Source: Acidobacteriota bacterium
Lineage (GTDB): Bacteria > Acidobacteriota > Terriglobia > Acidiferrales > 2-02-FULL-67-57
DNA length: 59,563 bases
Reading direction: 5' to 3'
NCBI GenBank assembly: GCA_016210855.1
Contig: JACQTJ010000085.1
Span: 1 to 59,563 of the forward strand
Made by a program: the position numbers and the translations under genes. Positions 25,790 to 35,839 of this stretch are shown in pieces; position 1 is the first letter of the stretch, and every line of letters begins with the position of its first letter. The notes below the pieces were generated by a model. It saw nothing but the letters and a program-made list of their open reading frames with translations. It made no database searches and was not told where the DNA came from.

Positions 25790-26911
25790 TTAGCGGGCCG
25801 ACGCCGGCAGGCGGTACACCCCCAGGATAGGTTTCAGCCCCACGGTGAGCACGGCTACCCGCTCCCCGTCCGGGGCTACCCAGAAGTCCTGAATCTTTTC
25901 TTCCGTCACCACGCGCTGCTTGTTGCCCGTCGCCGGCTCGTAGCGCGCCAGCCACCCGGTGCGCTGGCCCAGCGCTTCCGGCTCGATGTAGAGCAGGGCC
26001 CCACTCGTCCCCGCCCAGGCGTAGCGGCTGAACGGAATGGGCCAGTACTCAACCGGAGCTTCAGGCGCCAGACCCCGCACCGCCAGCTTCTCCTGGCCGA
26101 CGAAGTAGGAAATGCGGGTTTCGTCCGGCGACGTTTGCAGCCCTCCCAGGTAGCCCTCTTCCAGCTTGGCGAGCGTCCTGAGGTCGCCGCTCTCTAGATC
26201 GCCCACCACGAGCAGCGGCGCACCGGAGAAGTCCGGATCCCGCTCGATGCCGACGAGCTTCCGCGCCCGCGGCAGCCAGGCTACCGCCGCGAAGGTGCTC
26301 GCCTCGAACAGGGAAACCATGCGCCCGGCCGCCACCCGCACCACGCCGACCCGGTGCAGCAGCCGCGGCTCCACCGCCTCGGCCAGCACCCCCAGGCTCT
26401 GGCTGTCCTCGAGCCAGCCGGCGCCGTAGCCGGGGATGAAGTTCTGCCGCGTGTCGCCCAGCTCCACCCGCTTTCCTTCGGCGGTGAGCAAGAACGTCGC
26501 CGTGTTCTTTCTCTCGTCGGTCACTTCCACCGCGATCTTGGCGCCGTCGGGCGACCATGCCAGACGCTCCACCGAAAAGCTGAAGAAGTAGCCCTCGCGG
26601 TTGCGCAGGAAGTCGTGCCGGAGGATGAGCTTGGGCTTGGTCTGGAGGTTACTGACCCACACCTCGCCGGGATAGACCCGGGCCGCCTCCTCCTCGGCAC
26701 TCAGCGGGCGCCGCCGCAGCACCACTTCCTTTTCCACCCCGTAGGCGAGCCGCTGGCTGTCGGGCGACCAGGCCGCCACCACCGGCAGGTCTTCTCCAGT
26801 GGTGAGGGTGGCGATCAGTTCCGCCGTCGGTGCCTGCCCCTCGAGCAGGCAGCCCCCGGCCACCGCAAGAGAGCAGAGCAGGGAAGCCGCCCTCCGCGCC
26901 TCGCCCCTCAT
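25790..26911 (-). CDS. exported TolB-like (PD40 beta-propeller repeat) protein
   Basis: Signal peptide plus repeated WSPDxxxxA-type motifs (WSPDSQRLAY, WSPDGAKIAV, APDGERVAV). The ATG at 26911 forms an ATGA overlap with the rarA stop. Confidence 0.7.
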   Translation of the reverse strand: MRGEARRAASLLCSLAVAGGCLLEGQAPTAELIATLTTGEDLPVVAAWSPDSQRLAYGVEKEVVLRRRPLSAEEEAARVYPGEVWVSNLQTKPKLILRHDFLRNREGYFFSFSVERLAWSPDGAKIAVEVTDERKNTATFLLTAEGKRVELGDTRQNFIPGYGAGWLEDSQSLGVLAEAVEPRLLHRVGVVRVAAGRMVSLFEASTFAAVAWLPRARKLVGIERDPDFSGAPLLVVGDLESGDLRTLAKLEEGYLGGLQTSPDETRISYFVGQEKLAVRGLAPEAPVEYWPIPFSRYAWAGTSGALLYIEPEALGQRTGWLARYEPATGNKQRVVTEEKIQDFWVAPDGERVAVLTVGLKPILGVYRLPASAR

Positions 26912-28242
26912 GTCTGCTTCTTCTTCCACCGCAGCAGCTGCTCGAGGCGTTCCTTGAGGGTTTGCTCGTAGCCTTCCTCGGTCGGCAGGTAGTAGCGACG
27001 GTTGCGCAGGCTCTCGGGCAGGCAGGGCATGGCCGTGGTCTTGTGCTCGTACTCGTGGGCGTACTCGTAGCTCTTGCCGTAGTCGAGCTCCCGCATCAGG
27101 TCGGTCACGGGATTGCGGAGGTGCAAGGGCACGGGCTCGGCCACGGTGCGCGAGACGTCCTCGCGCACCTTTCCGTAACCCGCGTAGAGCGCGTTTGACT
27201 TCGGGGCCAGCGCCAGGTACACGGCCGCCTGCGCCAGAGCCAGGTTCCCCTCCGGCATCCCCACGAAATGCACCGCCTGCATGGCGTCCACCGCCACGGT
27301 CAGCGCCCGTGGGTCGGCCAGCCCGATATCCTCCGAAGCCATGCGCATCAGCCGCCGGGCAATGTAGAGCGGGTCCTCCCCGGCTTCGAGCATCCGCCCC
27401 AGCCAGTAGAGGGCGGCGTCCGGGTCGCTGTTGCGCACCGACTTGTGCAGAGCGGAGATGAGGTTGTAGTGTTCTTCACCCGCCTTGTCGTAGAGCAGCA
27501 GCCGCCGCTGCATCACGCTCTCGACCACCGCCCGCTCGAGCCGCCGCCGGCCGCCCTCGGGCTTCGAGCCCAGCGCCGCCGCCTCCACAGTGTTGTAGGC
27601 CACCCGGGCGTCGCCGTTTGCGTAGACCGCTATCTCTCGAAGCAGACCCTCCTCGGCCTCTACCTTGAGGGTGCCCAGCCCCTGTTCTTTGTCTTGGAGC
27701 GCCCGCCGCAGCAGTTCGAGCAACTGTTCTGTCGTGAGCGACTTCAACACGTACACCTTGGCGCGAGAGAGCAGCGGGGCGATCACTTCAAACGACGGAT
27801 TCTCCGTGGTCGCCCCGATCAGCACGATGTTCCCCTGCTCGACGTGCGGCAGGAAGGCGTCCTGCTGGGCTTTGTTGAAGCGGTGAATCTCGTCGATGAA
27901 AACAATGGTGCGCCGGCCGTACCCGCGCGCCCGCTCGGCTGTCGCCATCACCTGCTTGATCTCCTTGATCCCGGAGAGCACGGCGCTGAACGGCAGGAAC
28001 TCGCTCTCGGTCATTCCGGCGATGATTCGCGCCAGCGTGGTCTTGCCCGAGCCCGGCGGCCCCCAGAGGATGAGGGAGGTGAGTTCGTCCGATTCGATTT
28101 GCACCCGCAGAGGTTTCCCCGGCCCCACCAGGTGATCTTGCCCAACGAGCTCATCGAGTCGCTGCGGGCGCATCCGCTCGGCAAGCGGCACCGGCCCCGC
28201 CCGCCGCTTCTTTGTGCCGGCTGCGGGTTCAAACAGCCCCAT
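26908..28242 (-). CDS. rarA: replication-associated recombination protein A (AAA+ ATPase)
   Basis: Walker A GPPGSGKTTLARIIA, Walker B VFIDEIHRFNK and a MgsA C-terminal region. Confidence 0.95.
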   Translation of the reverse strand: MGLFEPAAGTKKRRAGPVPLAERMRPQRLDELVGQDHLVGPGKPLRVQIESDELTSLILWGPPGSGKTTLARIIAGMTESEFLPFSAVLSGIKEIKQVMATAERARGYGRRTIVFIDEIHRFNKAQQDAFLPHVEQGNIVLIGATTENPSFEVIAPLLSRAKVYVLKSLTTEQLLELLRRALQDKEQGLGTLKVEAEEGLLREIAVYANGDARVAYNTVEAAALGSKPEGGRRRLERAVVESVMQRRLLLYDKAGEEHYNLISALHKSVRNSDPDAALYWLGRMLEAGEDPLYIARRLMRMASEDIGLADPRALTVAVDAMQAVHFVGMPEGNLALAQAAVYLALAPKSNALYAGYGKVREDVSRTVAEPVPLHLRNPVTDLMRELDYGKSYEYAHEYEHKTTAMPCLPESLRNRRYYLPTEEGYEQTLKERLEQLLRWKKKQT

Positions 28243-28244
28243 GG

Positions 28245-29072
28245 CTACTCCCGGAAGCCCCGCTGGCGCGCGGTCTCGTAGAGCGCGAGGCTCGCCGCCA
28301 TGGCTGCGTTCAGTGACTCCACCGGCGCCGCCAGCGGTATCCGCGCCACCACAGCCGCCTGCGCGAGCGCCTCTGGCGGGAGGCCGCTGCCTTCCTGTCC
28401 GATGAAGAAGGCCACTGGCCCTCGCAAATCAACCGTGCTCAACGGCGGAGTCGCGCCCGGCGCCAGGGCCACCGTGTGCAGGCGGTACTGGCGGCAGAGG
28501 GAAAAGATTTTTTCCGTGGTCAGGTTCCGGGCCACCGAAACCCGGAAGAGCGACCCCGCCGAAGCTCGCACCGCCTTGGAGTTGAACGGGCTCACCGTCT
28601 TCGGACCCAGCAGGCAGGCGGCGCCGCCGAAGGCCTCGAGCGCCCGCAAGATGGTCCCCAGGTTGCCCGGGTCCTGCACACCCAGGAGTGCCACCGCCAC
28701 CGCCTTCGGCCGTGCCAGCTGTTCTTCCAGCCGCGGTGGGGAAAGCCGCACCAGGGCTGCGATTCCTTGCGGAGTTTCGGTCTGCGCCAGGGAGCGGAAG
28801 ATGCGGTCGGAGGTCACGTAGGAGCGGAGGCCTCCGTTCGTCGCCGCCTCGAAGTTCTCGAGCCGCTTCTCGGCCGAACGGGCCGCGAGCAGCGCCACCA
28901 CCTCCAGGCGGCTGCGCAGCGCCTCCTCCACTAGGTGCACGCCTTCCACAGCGCAGCAGCCCTCCGGGGTCAGCTCCCCCCGCCCCAGGGCTCGGCGGAA
29001 TTGCTGGAGCAGCGGGTGGCGTGGGCTGCTCAATACTGTCCGGGCCGCCGGCTTCATCGTTCCCGCCTGCAA
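28245..29072 (-). CDS. TrmH/SpoU-family RNA 2'-O-methyltransferase (RlmB-like)
   Basis: SpoU methylase motifs (LLGVQDPGNLGTILR, FFIGQEGSGL, IPLAAPVESLNAAMAASLALYE). An alternative start is at 29057. Confidence 0.88.
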   Translation of the reverse strand: MQAGTMKPAARTVLSSPRHPLLQQFRRALGRGELTPEGCCAVEGVHLVEEALRSRLEVVALLAARSAEKRLENFEAATNGGLRSYVTSDRIFRSLAQTETPQGIAALVRLSPPRLEEQLARPKAVAVALLGVQDPGNLGTILRALEAFGGAACLLGPKTVSPFNSKAVRASAGSLFRVSVARNLTTEKIFSLCRQYRLHTVALAPGATPPLSTVDLRGPVAFFIGQEGSGLPPEALAQAAVVARIPLAAPVESLNAAMAASLALYETARQRGFRE

Positions 29073-29215
29073 CGCTTCGATCTTGTCAGCCTAGCAGAGG
29101 GCCCCGGGGGTGTAAAGTTGCGCGCCGCCGCCGTTTGCTTGACTGGCTCAGGGGGTTGTGTTAGCGTCCGCCGCAATGGGTCCACGGACTCAGACTCCCG
29201 CAGACAAGGAAGTCT

Positions 29216-29851
29216 GTGGCCAAACTTCTCACAGTATCAGCCGAGAATCCGGAACCCCGCGCCATTGAGCACGCCGCCGAGCTGGTTCGGCGGGGAGAAG
29301 TGGTTGCCATCCCCACCGACACCTTCTACGGGCTGGCCGCCGACCCCTTCAATCTGGCGGCCGTGGCTCGCATCTACGAAATCAAGGGCCGCCCCGAGCG
29401 CCGCGCCCTTCCCATCCTGATTTCTTCGCTGGACCAAGTCGAGGAGCTGGTGAGCGACCTGCCCGATACCTTTTTCCGGCTGGCGGAGCGGTTCTGGCCG
29501 GGCGCGCTGACCTTGGTCGTGCAGGCCGCCTCCCGCGTGCCCCTGAAAGTCACCGGCAACACCGGCCGCGTCGCCTTGCGTATCCCCAACGCCAAGATCC
29601 CCTGCGCCCTCATCGCGGCCCTGAGCTCGCCGGTCACCGGCACCAGCGCCAACCTCTCGGGGTTCGCCGCTTGCGTGGACGCCAACCAGGTGATGAAGCA
29701 GATCGGTGACCGCCTGCCGCTCGTGCTCGACGGGGGGAAGTCCGAAGCCGTGCTGGCTTCGACCGTTGTGGACCTCCGCGACGACACCTGGACTGTCCTG
29801 CGCGAAGGCCCCATCGGCGAGGCCGACATCCGCGAAGCCTTGGGCGGCTAA
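29216..29851 (+). CDS. tsaC: L-threonylcarbamoyladenylate synthase (Sua5/YwlC/TsaC family)
   Basis: PTDTFYGLAADP, KGRPERRALPILI and TSANLSG motifs; GTG start. Confidence 0.9.
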   Translation: MAKLLTVSAENPEPRAIEHAAELVRRGEVVAIPTDTFYGLAADPFNLAAVARIYEIKGRPERRALPILISSLDQVEELVSDLPDTFFRLAERFWPGALTLVVQAASRVPLKVTGNTGRVALRIPNAKIPCALIAALSSPVTGTSANLSGFAACVDANQVMKQIGDRLPLVLDGGKSEAVLASTVVDLRDDTWTVLREGPIGEADIREALGG

Positions 29852-31014
29852 GGCTGCCCCGGCACGATCGTCCCCAGTACCACCCCGCGCCGCGCCCCCG
29901 TGGCCGAGGGCAGCGTCGCTGGTTCCCCCCGCCAGGTCCGATAGGCAAGCACCGCGAAGGCAAAGGCCTCCTTGGCTTTTTCGTCCACGCCGAGTCGGCC
30001 GGCCGGGATGAGCCTCAACCCGGGCAGGCTTTCTCGAAGCCGCCGCACCAGGAAAGCGTTCCGTGCGCCGCCGCCGCCCAGGATCACGTCGTTGATGCGC
30101 GCCCGCGGCAGGACGAAGCGCTTGAATGCCCCGGTGATACTTGCCACGGTCAGTTCGGTGGCTGTTCGCACTTTGTCCTCCGCCGAGGCGCCTCCGGCCC
30201 GGGACAGAAACCGGTGGGCGTATGCGCGGCCAAACTGTTCCCGCCCGGTGCTCTTCGGTGGTCTCCCGCGGAAGTAGGGGTTCTTGAGCAGGCGTCGCAA
30301 GAGGGGAGCCAGCACCCGCCCTCGCGCTGCTAGGGTTCCGTTGCGGTCGAAGGTTCGCCGCCCGTGCGTCACCGCTTCGACCACGGCGTCGATCACCATG
30401 TTTCCTGGTCCTGTGTCGAAGGCGATCACCTGGTGGGACCGGGCACGGGCAGGGATCACGGTGAGGTTGGCGATGCCGCCAATGTTCAATGCCACGCGGC
30501 CGCGGCGGGGATGGCGGTAGAGCAGGTGGTCCACGTAGGGAACGAGCGGTGCCCCCTGGCCCCCGGCGGCCATGTCCCGCGGGCGAAAGTTCGCCACCAC
30601 GGGCCGCCCGGTGCGCTCGGCCAGCACTTGGGCCTCGCCGAGCTGAAGCGTGGAGGCCACGGGCCGACCGGCAAACACTCTTCGCACGGGCTGGTGATAC
30701 ACCGTTTGCCCGTGGCAGCCGATGAGCTGGATGCGCTTGAGCGATACCCGGAAGCGCCGGCAGGCGCGCCGCACCGCCTCGGCATAGAGCTCCCCGAGCA
30801 GAAAGTTGAGTTGGCTGATTTCGGCGATGCTCAGCATCGACTGCCGGTTGGCGTTCGCCACCCGCAGCACGGCCCGGCGCACCGCAGCCGGGTAGGGGAT
30901 CGTGCAGAAGCGCTCCAGGTGCGCCCGCAAGCCCGTTCCCCGGCCTCTGACGCCCACTAGGGCGACGTCAATGCCGTCGGCCGACGTCCCCGACATCAGA
31001 CCGAGTACACGCAT
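29848..31014 (-). CDS. anmK: anhydro-N-acetylmuramic acid kinase
   Basis: N-terminal GLMSGTSADGIDVALV signature; 388 aa. Confidence 0.92.
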   Translation of the reverse strand: MRVLGLMSGTSADGIDVALVGVRGRGTGLRAHLERFCTIPYPAAVRRAVLRVANANRQSMLSIAEISQLNFLLGELYAEAVRRACRRFRVSLKRIQLIGCHGQTVYHQPVRRVFAGRPVASTLQLGEAQVLAERTGRPVVANFRPRDMAAGGQGAPLVPYVDHLLYRHPRRGRVALNIGGIANLTVIPARARSHQVIAFDTGPGNMVIDAVVEAVTHGRRTFDRNGTLAARGRVLAPLLRRLLKNPYFRGRPPKSTGREQFGRAYAHRFLSRAGGASAEDKVRTATELTVASITGAFKRFVLPRARINDVILGGGGARNAFLVRRLRESLPGLRLIPAGRLGVDEKAKEAFAFAVLAYRTWRGEPATLPSATGARRGVVLGTIVPGQP

Positions 31015-31017
31015 CCG

Positions 31018-33648
31018 TCAGCTCAACTGCTTTTTGAGTTCGGCGAGCAGGTTCAAGGCATCGAGCGGGCGGAGCTCGTCAAGGTCCACGCGCCGCAGGA
31101 TCTCGACGATCCTGTGATCGAGCGGAGTGAGCAACGGCAGCTGCTCGGCGCCGCCCCGGGCCCGCGCCAATTCCTCTTTCACGGCTTCTTCTCGCCGTTC
31201 GTGCCGGACCAGCACCTGCCGGGCTCGCTCGATCACCTCGAGCGGCAGCCCGGCCAGCTTGGCGACATCAATCCCGTAGCTCTTGTCGGCACTGCCCGGC
31301 TCCACCTTGCGCAGAAAAATGATTTCGGAGCCCGATTCCTTCACCGAAACGTGCACGTTCTTCACCCCTGGCAGCAGGTCAGCGAGCTCCGTGAGCTCGT
31401 GGTAATGGGTTGCAAAGAGCGTCTTGGCCCGCGTGTGTGCGTGCAGGTACTCGACCACCGCCCAGGCGATTGCCAGCCCATCGAAGGTGGCCGTGCCCCG
31501 GCCCACTTCATCGAGCAGCACTAGGCTGCGCGGGGTGGCAGTGTTGAGGATGGTGGCGGCCTCGGTCATCTCCACCAGAAACGTCGAGCGTCCCCGGGCC
31601 AGGTTGTCCGATGCCCCGATGCGCGTGTAGATGCGGTCGAGGATTGGCAGACGGGCCTTCTCCGCCGGCACGTAGCCGCCCATCTGGGCGAGCAGGCAGA
31701 TCAACGCCACCTGCCGCAGGTAGGTGGATTTCCCACCCATGTTCGGCCCGGTGATGATGAGAATCAGGGCGCTCGAATCATTAAGGTAGGTGTCATTCGG
31801 CACAAACCGCTCGCCCGTGGCGGCGCCCAAGTGCTCGATCACCGGGTGCCGTCCGGCGACGATCTCGAGCTCCCCCGTATCGCTGAATTCCGGCCGGGTG
31901 TAGTTTTGGCTCACGGCCAACTGGGCAAAGGTGGTGAGCAGGTCGAGCTGGGCCAGCACCGCGGCTGTCGCCCGGATGCGGGTTGCGGCCGCGGCCACCT
32001 GTCCGCACACCTCGGCGAAAAGGGTGCGTTCGAGCTGGGCGATCTTTTCTTCCGCGGAGAGCACCTTGCGCTCGTACTCCTTGAGCTCGGGGGTCGTGAA
32101 GCGCTCAGCGTTCACCAGTGTCTGCTTGCGCTCGTAGTCCCCCGGCACCCGGCTCAGGTTCGGCTTCGACACTTCGAGGTAGTAGCCGAAGATGTTGTTG
32201 AAGCGCACCTTGAGCGAGCCGATGCCGGTCCGCTTCCGCTCCCGGGCTTCCATTTCGGCGATGTACTGCTGGCCGTGCGAGCGCAGCCGGCGCAGCTCAT
32301 CGAGCTCGGGGTTGTAGCCCGGTCGGATGGTGCCCGGGTCGGACAGGCTTGCCGGTGGGTCGTCGCTGATCGCCCGCTCGATCAACCCGCGCAAGTCCGC
32401 AAGCTCATCCAGGCCCTCGTGCAGCTCCCTCAGCCGACGCGCCCCGAGCGGCTCGATCGTCCGCCGGAAGCCGGGCAGCAGCTCCAGGGTCTGCCGCAGC
32501 GCCACCAGATCCCGCGGTATGGCGGTCTCGAGCGTGCACTTGCTCAGCAGCCGCTCCAGGTCGTAGACCTGCCCGAGGGTCGCGCGCAGCTCGTCGCGCA
32601 CCACGGCATTCCGGGCGAGCGCTTCGACAGCGTCCAGGCGGGCGGCGATTTCCTCGCGCGCGACAGAGGGGCGCAGCAGCCAGTTTTTCAGCAGGCGGCC
32701 GCCCGCGGCGGTGATGGTTTCGTCCAGCGTGGCCAGCAGCGTCGTTGAGCGGTCGTTCCCGAACAGCGGCTCAAGCAGCTCCAGGTTGTACACGGAGACC
32801 GTGTCAAGCACCAGGGCCTCGTCCTGCTGGTAGAAGGCGGGGCGGCCGAGGTGCGCCAGCGTGCTCCGCTGCGTGTCGCGCAAGTAGTGGACCAGCGCCC
32901 CGGCGGCTCCCACGGCCAGCGCCTTGCCTTCGAGCCCAAACCCGTCCAGGGTCACAACCCCAAACTGCTCCCGCAGCAAGCGCTCCCCATTGTCGGTAGA
33001 AAAAATCCAGTCCTCGAGCGGAGTCTCGACGAACGACGTTGGCCAGGCGTCCCCCGTGCCTGCCCCGCGCAGCTTGACCTCCTGCGGCCGCAGCAATTCC
33101 CGCGGCGCGAGGTAATGCAGCTCCTCCCGCACTCGCTCCAGCCACTCCGTCCCGGCCAATTCCGTGGCGCGGAACTCGCCCGTTGAAAGGTCGGCGTAGG
33201 CCAGCCCGGCCAGGTTCCGCTTCGGGTCAGGCAGGCAGGCCACGATGTAGTTGTTCTCGCGCGGGCCGAGCACGGCGGCGTCCACCGCCGTCCCCGGGGT
33301 GATCACCCGCACCACTTCGCGCCGCACCAGCTTCTTGCCCTTGCCGGGCTCTTCGGTTTGTTCGCAGATGGCCACCTTGTAGCCGCGGCGGACAAGCCGG
33401 GCGATGTAGGTGGGGGCGGCGTGGTAGGGCACACCGCACATGGGTACGGGTGTGCCCCGCTCCCGGTGCCGCGCTGTCAGGGTGATTTGTAGCTCGCGGG
33501 CCGCCACCTTGGCGTCTTCGTAGAAGAGCTCGTAGAAGTCCCCCAGCCGAAACAGCACCAGGGCGTGCGGGTACTGCTTCTTGATGGCCTGGTACTGCCG
33601 CATCAGCGGCGTGGAGGGGGCTGGTGCGGTCATTGCATCGGCGCTCAT
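31018..33648 (-). CDS. mutS: DNA mismatch repair protein MutS
   Basis: TPLMRQYQAIKKQYP N-terminus and Walker A GPNMGGKSTYLRQ. Start at 33648, or at 33633 if the candidate promoter TTTACA-17-GATAAT just upstream is used. The track start at 33852 is an over-extension. Confidence 0.96.
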   Translation of the reverse strand: MSADAMTAPAPSTPLMRQYQAIKKQYPHALVLFRLGDFYELFYEDAKVAARELQITLTARHRERGTPVPMCGVPYHAAPTYIARLVRRGYKVAICEQTEEPGKGKKLVRREVVRVITPGTAVDAAVLGPRENNYIVACLPDPKRNLAGLAYADLSTGEFRATELAGTEWLERVREELHYLAPRELLRPQEVKLRGAGTGDAWPTSFVETPLEDWIFSTDNGERLLREQFGVVTLDGFGLEGKALAVGAAGALVHYLRDTQRSTLAHLGRPAFYQQDEALVLDTVSVYNLELLEPLFGNDRSTTLLATLDETITAAGGRLLKNWLLRPSVAREEIAARLDAVEALARNAVVRDELRATLGQVYDLERLLSKCTLETAIPRDLVALRQTLELLPGFRRTIEPLGARRLRELHEGLDELADLRGLIERAISDDPPASLSDPGTIRPGYNPELDELRRLRSHGQQYIAEMEARERKRTGIGSLKVRFNNIFGYYLEVSKPNLSRVPGDYERKQTLVNAERFTTPELKEYERKVLSAEEKIAQLERTLFAEVCGQVAAAATRIRATAAVLAQLDLLTTFAQLAVSQNYTRPEFSDTGELEIVAGRHPVIEHLGAATGERFVPNDTYLNDSSALILIITGPNMGGKSTYLRQVALICLLAQMGGYVPAEKARLPILDRIYTRIGASDNLARGRSTFLVEMTEAATILNTATPRSLVLLDEVGRGTATFDGLAIAWAVVEYLHAHTRAKTLFATHYHELTELADLLPGVKNVHVSVKESGSEIIFLRKVEPGSADKSYGIDVAKLAGLPLEVIERARQVLVRHERREEAVKEELARARGGAEQLPLLTPLDHRIVEILRRVDLDELRPLDALNLLAELKKQLS

Positions 33649-33724
33649 TATCGGCCAGCGGTGCGGCTTTGTAAACCGCTGCCCCTGCCTCCCTGGTCTA
33701 TAATCAAGGGAGACCTGACCGCTG

Positions 33725-34420
33725 ATGTGGCTCCTGAGCGTTGATACCACGAGCAAGGATGCCAGCGTGGCTTTGCTGTGCGCCTCGCGCCTGGTGGCCC
33801 TGGTGGCCCCGGTGGCCGACGAACAGCACTCCGTGCAGCTCTTCCGCAACATTCAACAGGCCCTGGCTGAGGCTGGCATCGCACTCTGCGACCTAGACGT
33901 CTACGCAGTCGCCAGCGGTCCCGGGGCTTTCACCGCCCTGCGGGTGGGGCTGACGGTGATCAAGGGCCTTGCCGAAGTGCACAACAAGCCGGTCGTGCCG
34001 GTGAGCGTCTTAGAGGCGGTGGCCGAGAGCGCCTCCGCCGACGGCCTCCTGGTGCCTCTGGTGGACGCCTACCGCGGCCAGATCTTCGCCGGCCTCTACG
34101 AGAAGAAGGACGGGGAGTTGACCCGTCGGGGACCGGAGTTCGTATTGATCCTGGAAGACTTTCTGGCGAGGCTCGAAGTGGACGGGGTTCAGCCCGGCTC
34201 CTCCACTCTGGTCAGCCCGCAGATGAAGCGCTGGGCGGCGCGGCTCGACGCCACACCGTTTGCCACCAGCCGGCGGGAAAGCATCTCCCCGGTCTTGGCC
34301 GAAGCTGTGGCCCGCCGGGCGGAGAAGAAACTCGCCCGCGGCGAGACGGTGGACGCCTTGCGCCTCGAGGCGAACTACGTGCGGTGCTCGGACGCGGAAC
34401 TGCTGTGGAAAGGAAAATAG
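33725..34420 (+). CDS. tsaB: tRNA threonylcarbamoyladenosine biosynthesis protein TsaB
   Basis: LLSVDTTSKDASVALL N-terminus, GPGAFTALRVGL motif, and rimI downstream. TATAAT at 33699-33704. Confidence 0.9.
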   Translation: MWLLSVDTTSKDASVALLCASRLVALVAPVADEQHSVQLFRNIQQALAEAGIALCDLDVYAVASGPGAFTALRVGLTVIKGLAEVHNKPVVPVSVLEAVAESASADGLLVPLVDAYRGQIFAGLYEKKDGELTRRGPEFVLILEDFLARLEVDGVQPGSSTLVSPQMKRWAARLDATPFATSRRESISPVLAEAVARRAEKKLARGETVDALRLEANYVRCSDAELLWKGK

Positions 34421-34881
34421 TCCTGCGTAACGCCACGGCGGAGGACGTCGAATCCATCCTCGATGTCCAGCACGCCTCGGCGGGAGCCGGCGCCTGGGAG
34501 CTAGGCGATTATGCGAGTGCCCTGGCAGATGGGGGAATCTTCTGCCTGCTTGCCGAAGATCGCGTCGGGGAGCGGGTGGTAGGTTTCTTGGTGGGACGCA
34601 CGGTTCCCGGCGAGTTCGAGATCCTCAACCTGGCCGTGAAGAACGAGTATCGGCGGCAGGGCATCGGCCGACGCCTGCTCGGCGAAGCCCTGGCGCGTGC
34701 CCACGGTCAGGGGGCTCGCCGGTGCTGGCTGGAAGTGCGTGCCTCGAACCAGCCGGCACGGGACTTCTACCGCGCCCTCGGCTTTGCCGAAAGCGCCCGA
34801 CGGCAACGCTATTATCGCGACCCGGAGGACGACGCCGTGGTTTGCCTGCGGCAATGGGTCGCCGCCGGCCCTGCGCCTTGA
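34384..34881 (+). CDS. rimI: ribosomal-protein-alanine N-acetyltransferase
   Basis: GNAT motif LAVKNEYRRQGIGRRLL; conserved tsaB-rimI pairing. The start is uncertain (GTG 34384 or GTG 34405). Confidence 0.82.
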   Translation: MLGRGTAVERKIVLRNATAEDVESILDVQHASAGAGAWELGDYASALADGGIFCLLAEDRVGERVVGFLVGRTVPGEFEILNLAVKNEYRRQGIGRRLLGEALARAHGQGARRCWLEVRASNQPARDFYRALGFAESARRQRYYRDPEDDAVVCLRQWVAAGPAP

Positions 34882-34946
34882 AGAGGGCCTCGCGGCTGTG
34901 TTAGGGTGCGAGGGGGAAGGTAAGCAGCCAAGCCAGGAGGAGTCGG

Positions 34947-35195
34947 ATGACCGGGCAAGCGGAGCAGATCCGGCAGAGGTTGCTTGAGACCAGTGCGGAG
35001 TTTCGTCACCTGGCCGAAGAACATGCTCGCCTGTCTGAGCAGCTTGCGGCCCTGGCCCGCAAGCCGCGGTGGATCCCCGAAGATTCGGCTGAAGAGGCCC
35101 GGCTGAAGAAGCTGAAGCTGCGGGCCAAGGATCGGATGGAGGAGCTCATCCGGGACTACCGCCGGCAGCAGGCTGAGGCCGTCGAGGCCACCTAG
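34947..35195 (+). CDS. DUF465 (YdcH-like) coiled-coil protein
   Basis: 82 aa; ...FRHLAEEHARLSEQL...EEARLKKLKLRAKDRMEELI is typical of DUF465. Confidence 0.75.
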   Translation: MTGQAEQIRQRLLETSAEFRHLAEEHARLSEQLAALARKPRWIPEDSAEEARLKKLKLRAKDRMEELIRDYRRQQAEAVEAT

Positions 35196-35227
35196 AGGCA
35201 GGCATCAGGCCAGCCCAACCCGCCACC

Positions 35228-35839
35228 ATGGTTCGCACCGGCCTTTATTACGCCGCTCCTCCCGCCCTGCTGGGTGGACTGCTCGGGTGGCAAGGCTGGT
35301 GGCTGGCGGCCGCCGGGTTCCTTTTCCTCGCAGCGTTCGTGCTGTTTTTCTTCCGAGATCCGGAACGGGTCGTGGCCGGGGGGCCCGGCGCCATCGTGTC
35401 CCCGGCGGATGGGCGGGTGTTGGCAGTCGAAGAAACTATGCTGGACGGTGTCCCGCAAAGGCAGGTCAGCATTTTTCTTTCCGTGTTCGACGTCCACGTC
35501 AACCGCGCCCCCATCGGTGGGACCATCACCGCCCTGCGTTACCGTCCGGGAAAATTCCACGTGGCCTCCCGGCCCCGCGCCAGCCGGGAGAACGAGCAGA
35601 ACGAAGTTGTCCTGGAGGGAGAGGGCACCCGTGTGGTATTCCGGCAAATCGCCGGCATCCTGGCCCGGCGCATCGAGTTTTGGGGAAAAGTCGGAGACCA
35701 GGTGGAGCGCGGCCAGCGCCTGGGGATGATCCGCTTCGGCTCCCGGGCCGAAATCATCTTTGATTCCAGGTGGCCGGCGCAGGTGCGGCCCGGCGAGCAC
35801 GTCCGGGCCGGGTCAAGCATTCTGGCCGTTCGAGAATGA
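35228..35839 (+). CDS. psd: phosphatidylserine decarboxylase proenzyme (short type)
   Basis: SPADGRV, FLSVFDVHVNRAP and the self-cleavage region IRFGSR. Confidence 0.9.
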   Translation: MVRTGLYYAAPPALLGGLLGWQGWWLAAAGFLFLAAFVLFFFRDPERVVAGGPGAIVSPADGRVLAVEETMLDGVPQRQVSIFLSVFDVHVNRAPIGGTITALRYRPGKFHVASRPRASRENEQNEVVLEGEGTRVVFRQIAGILARRIEFWGKVGDQVERGQRLGMIRFGSRAEIIFDSRWPAQVRPGEHVRAGSSILAVRE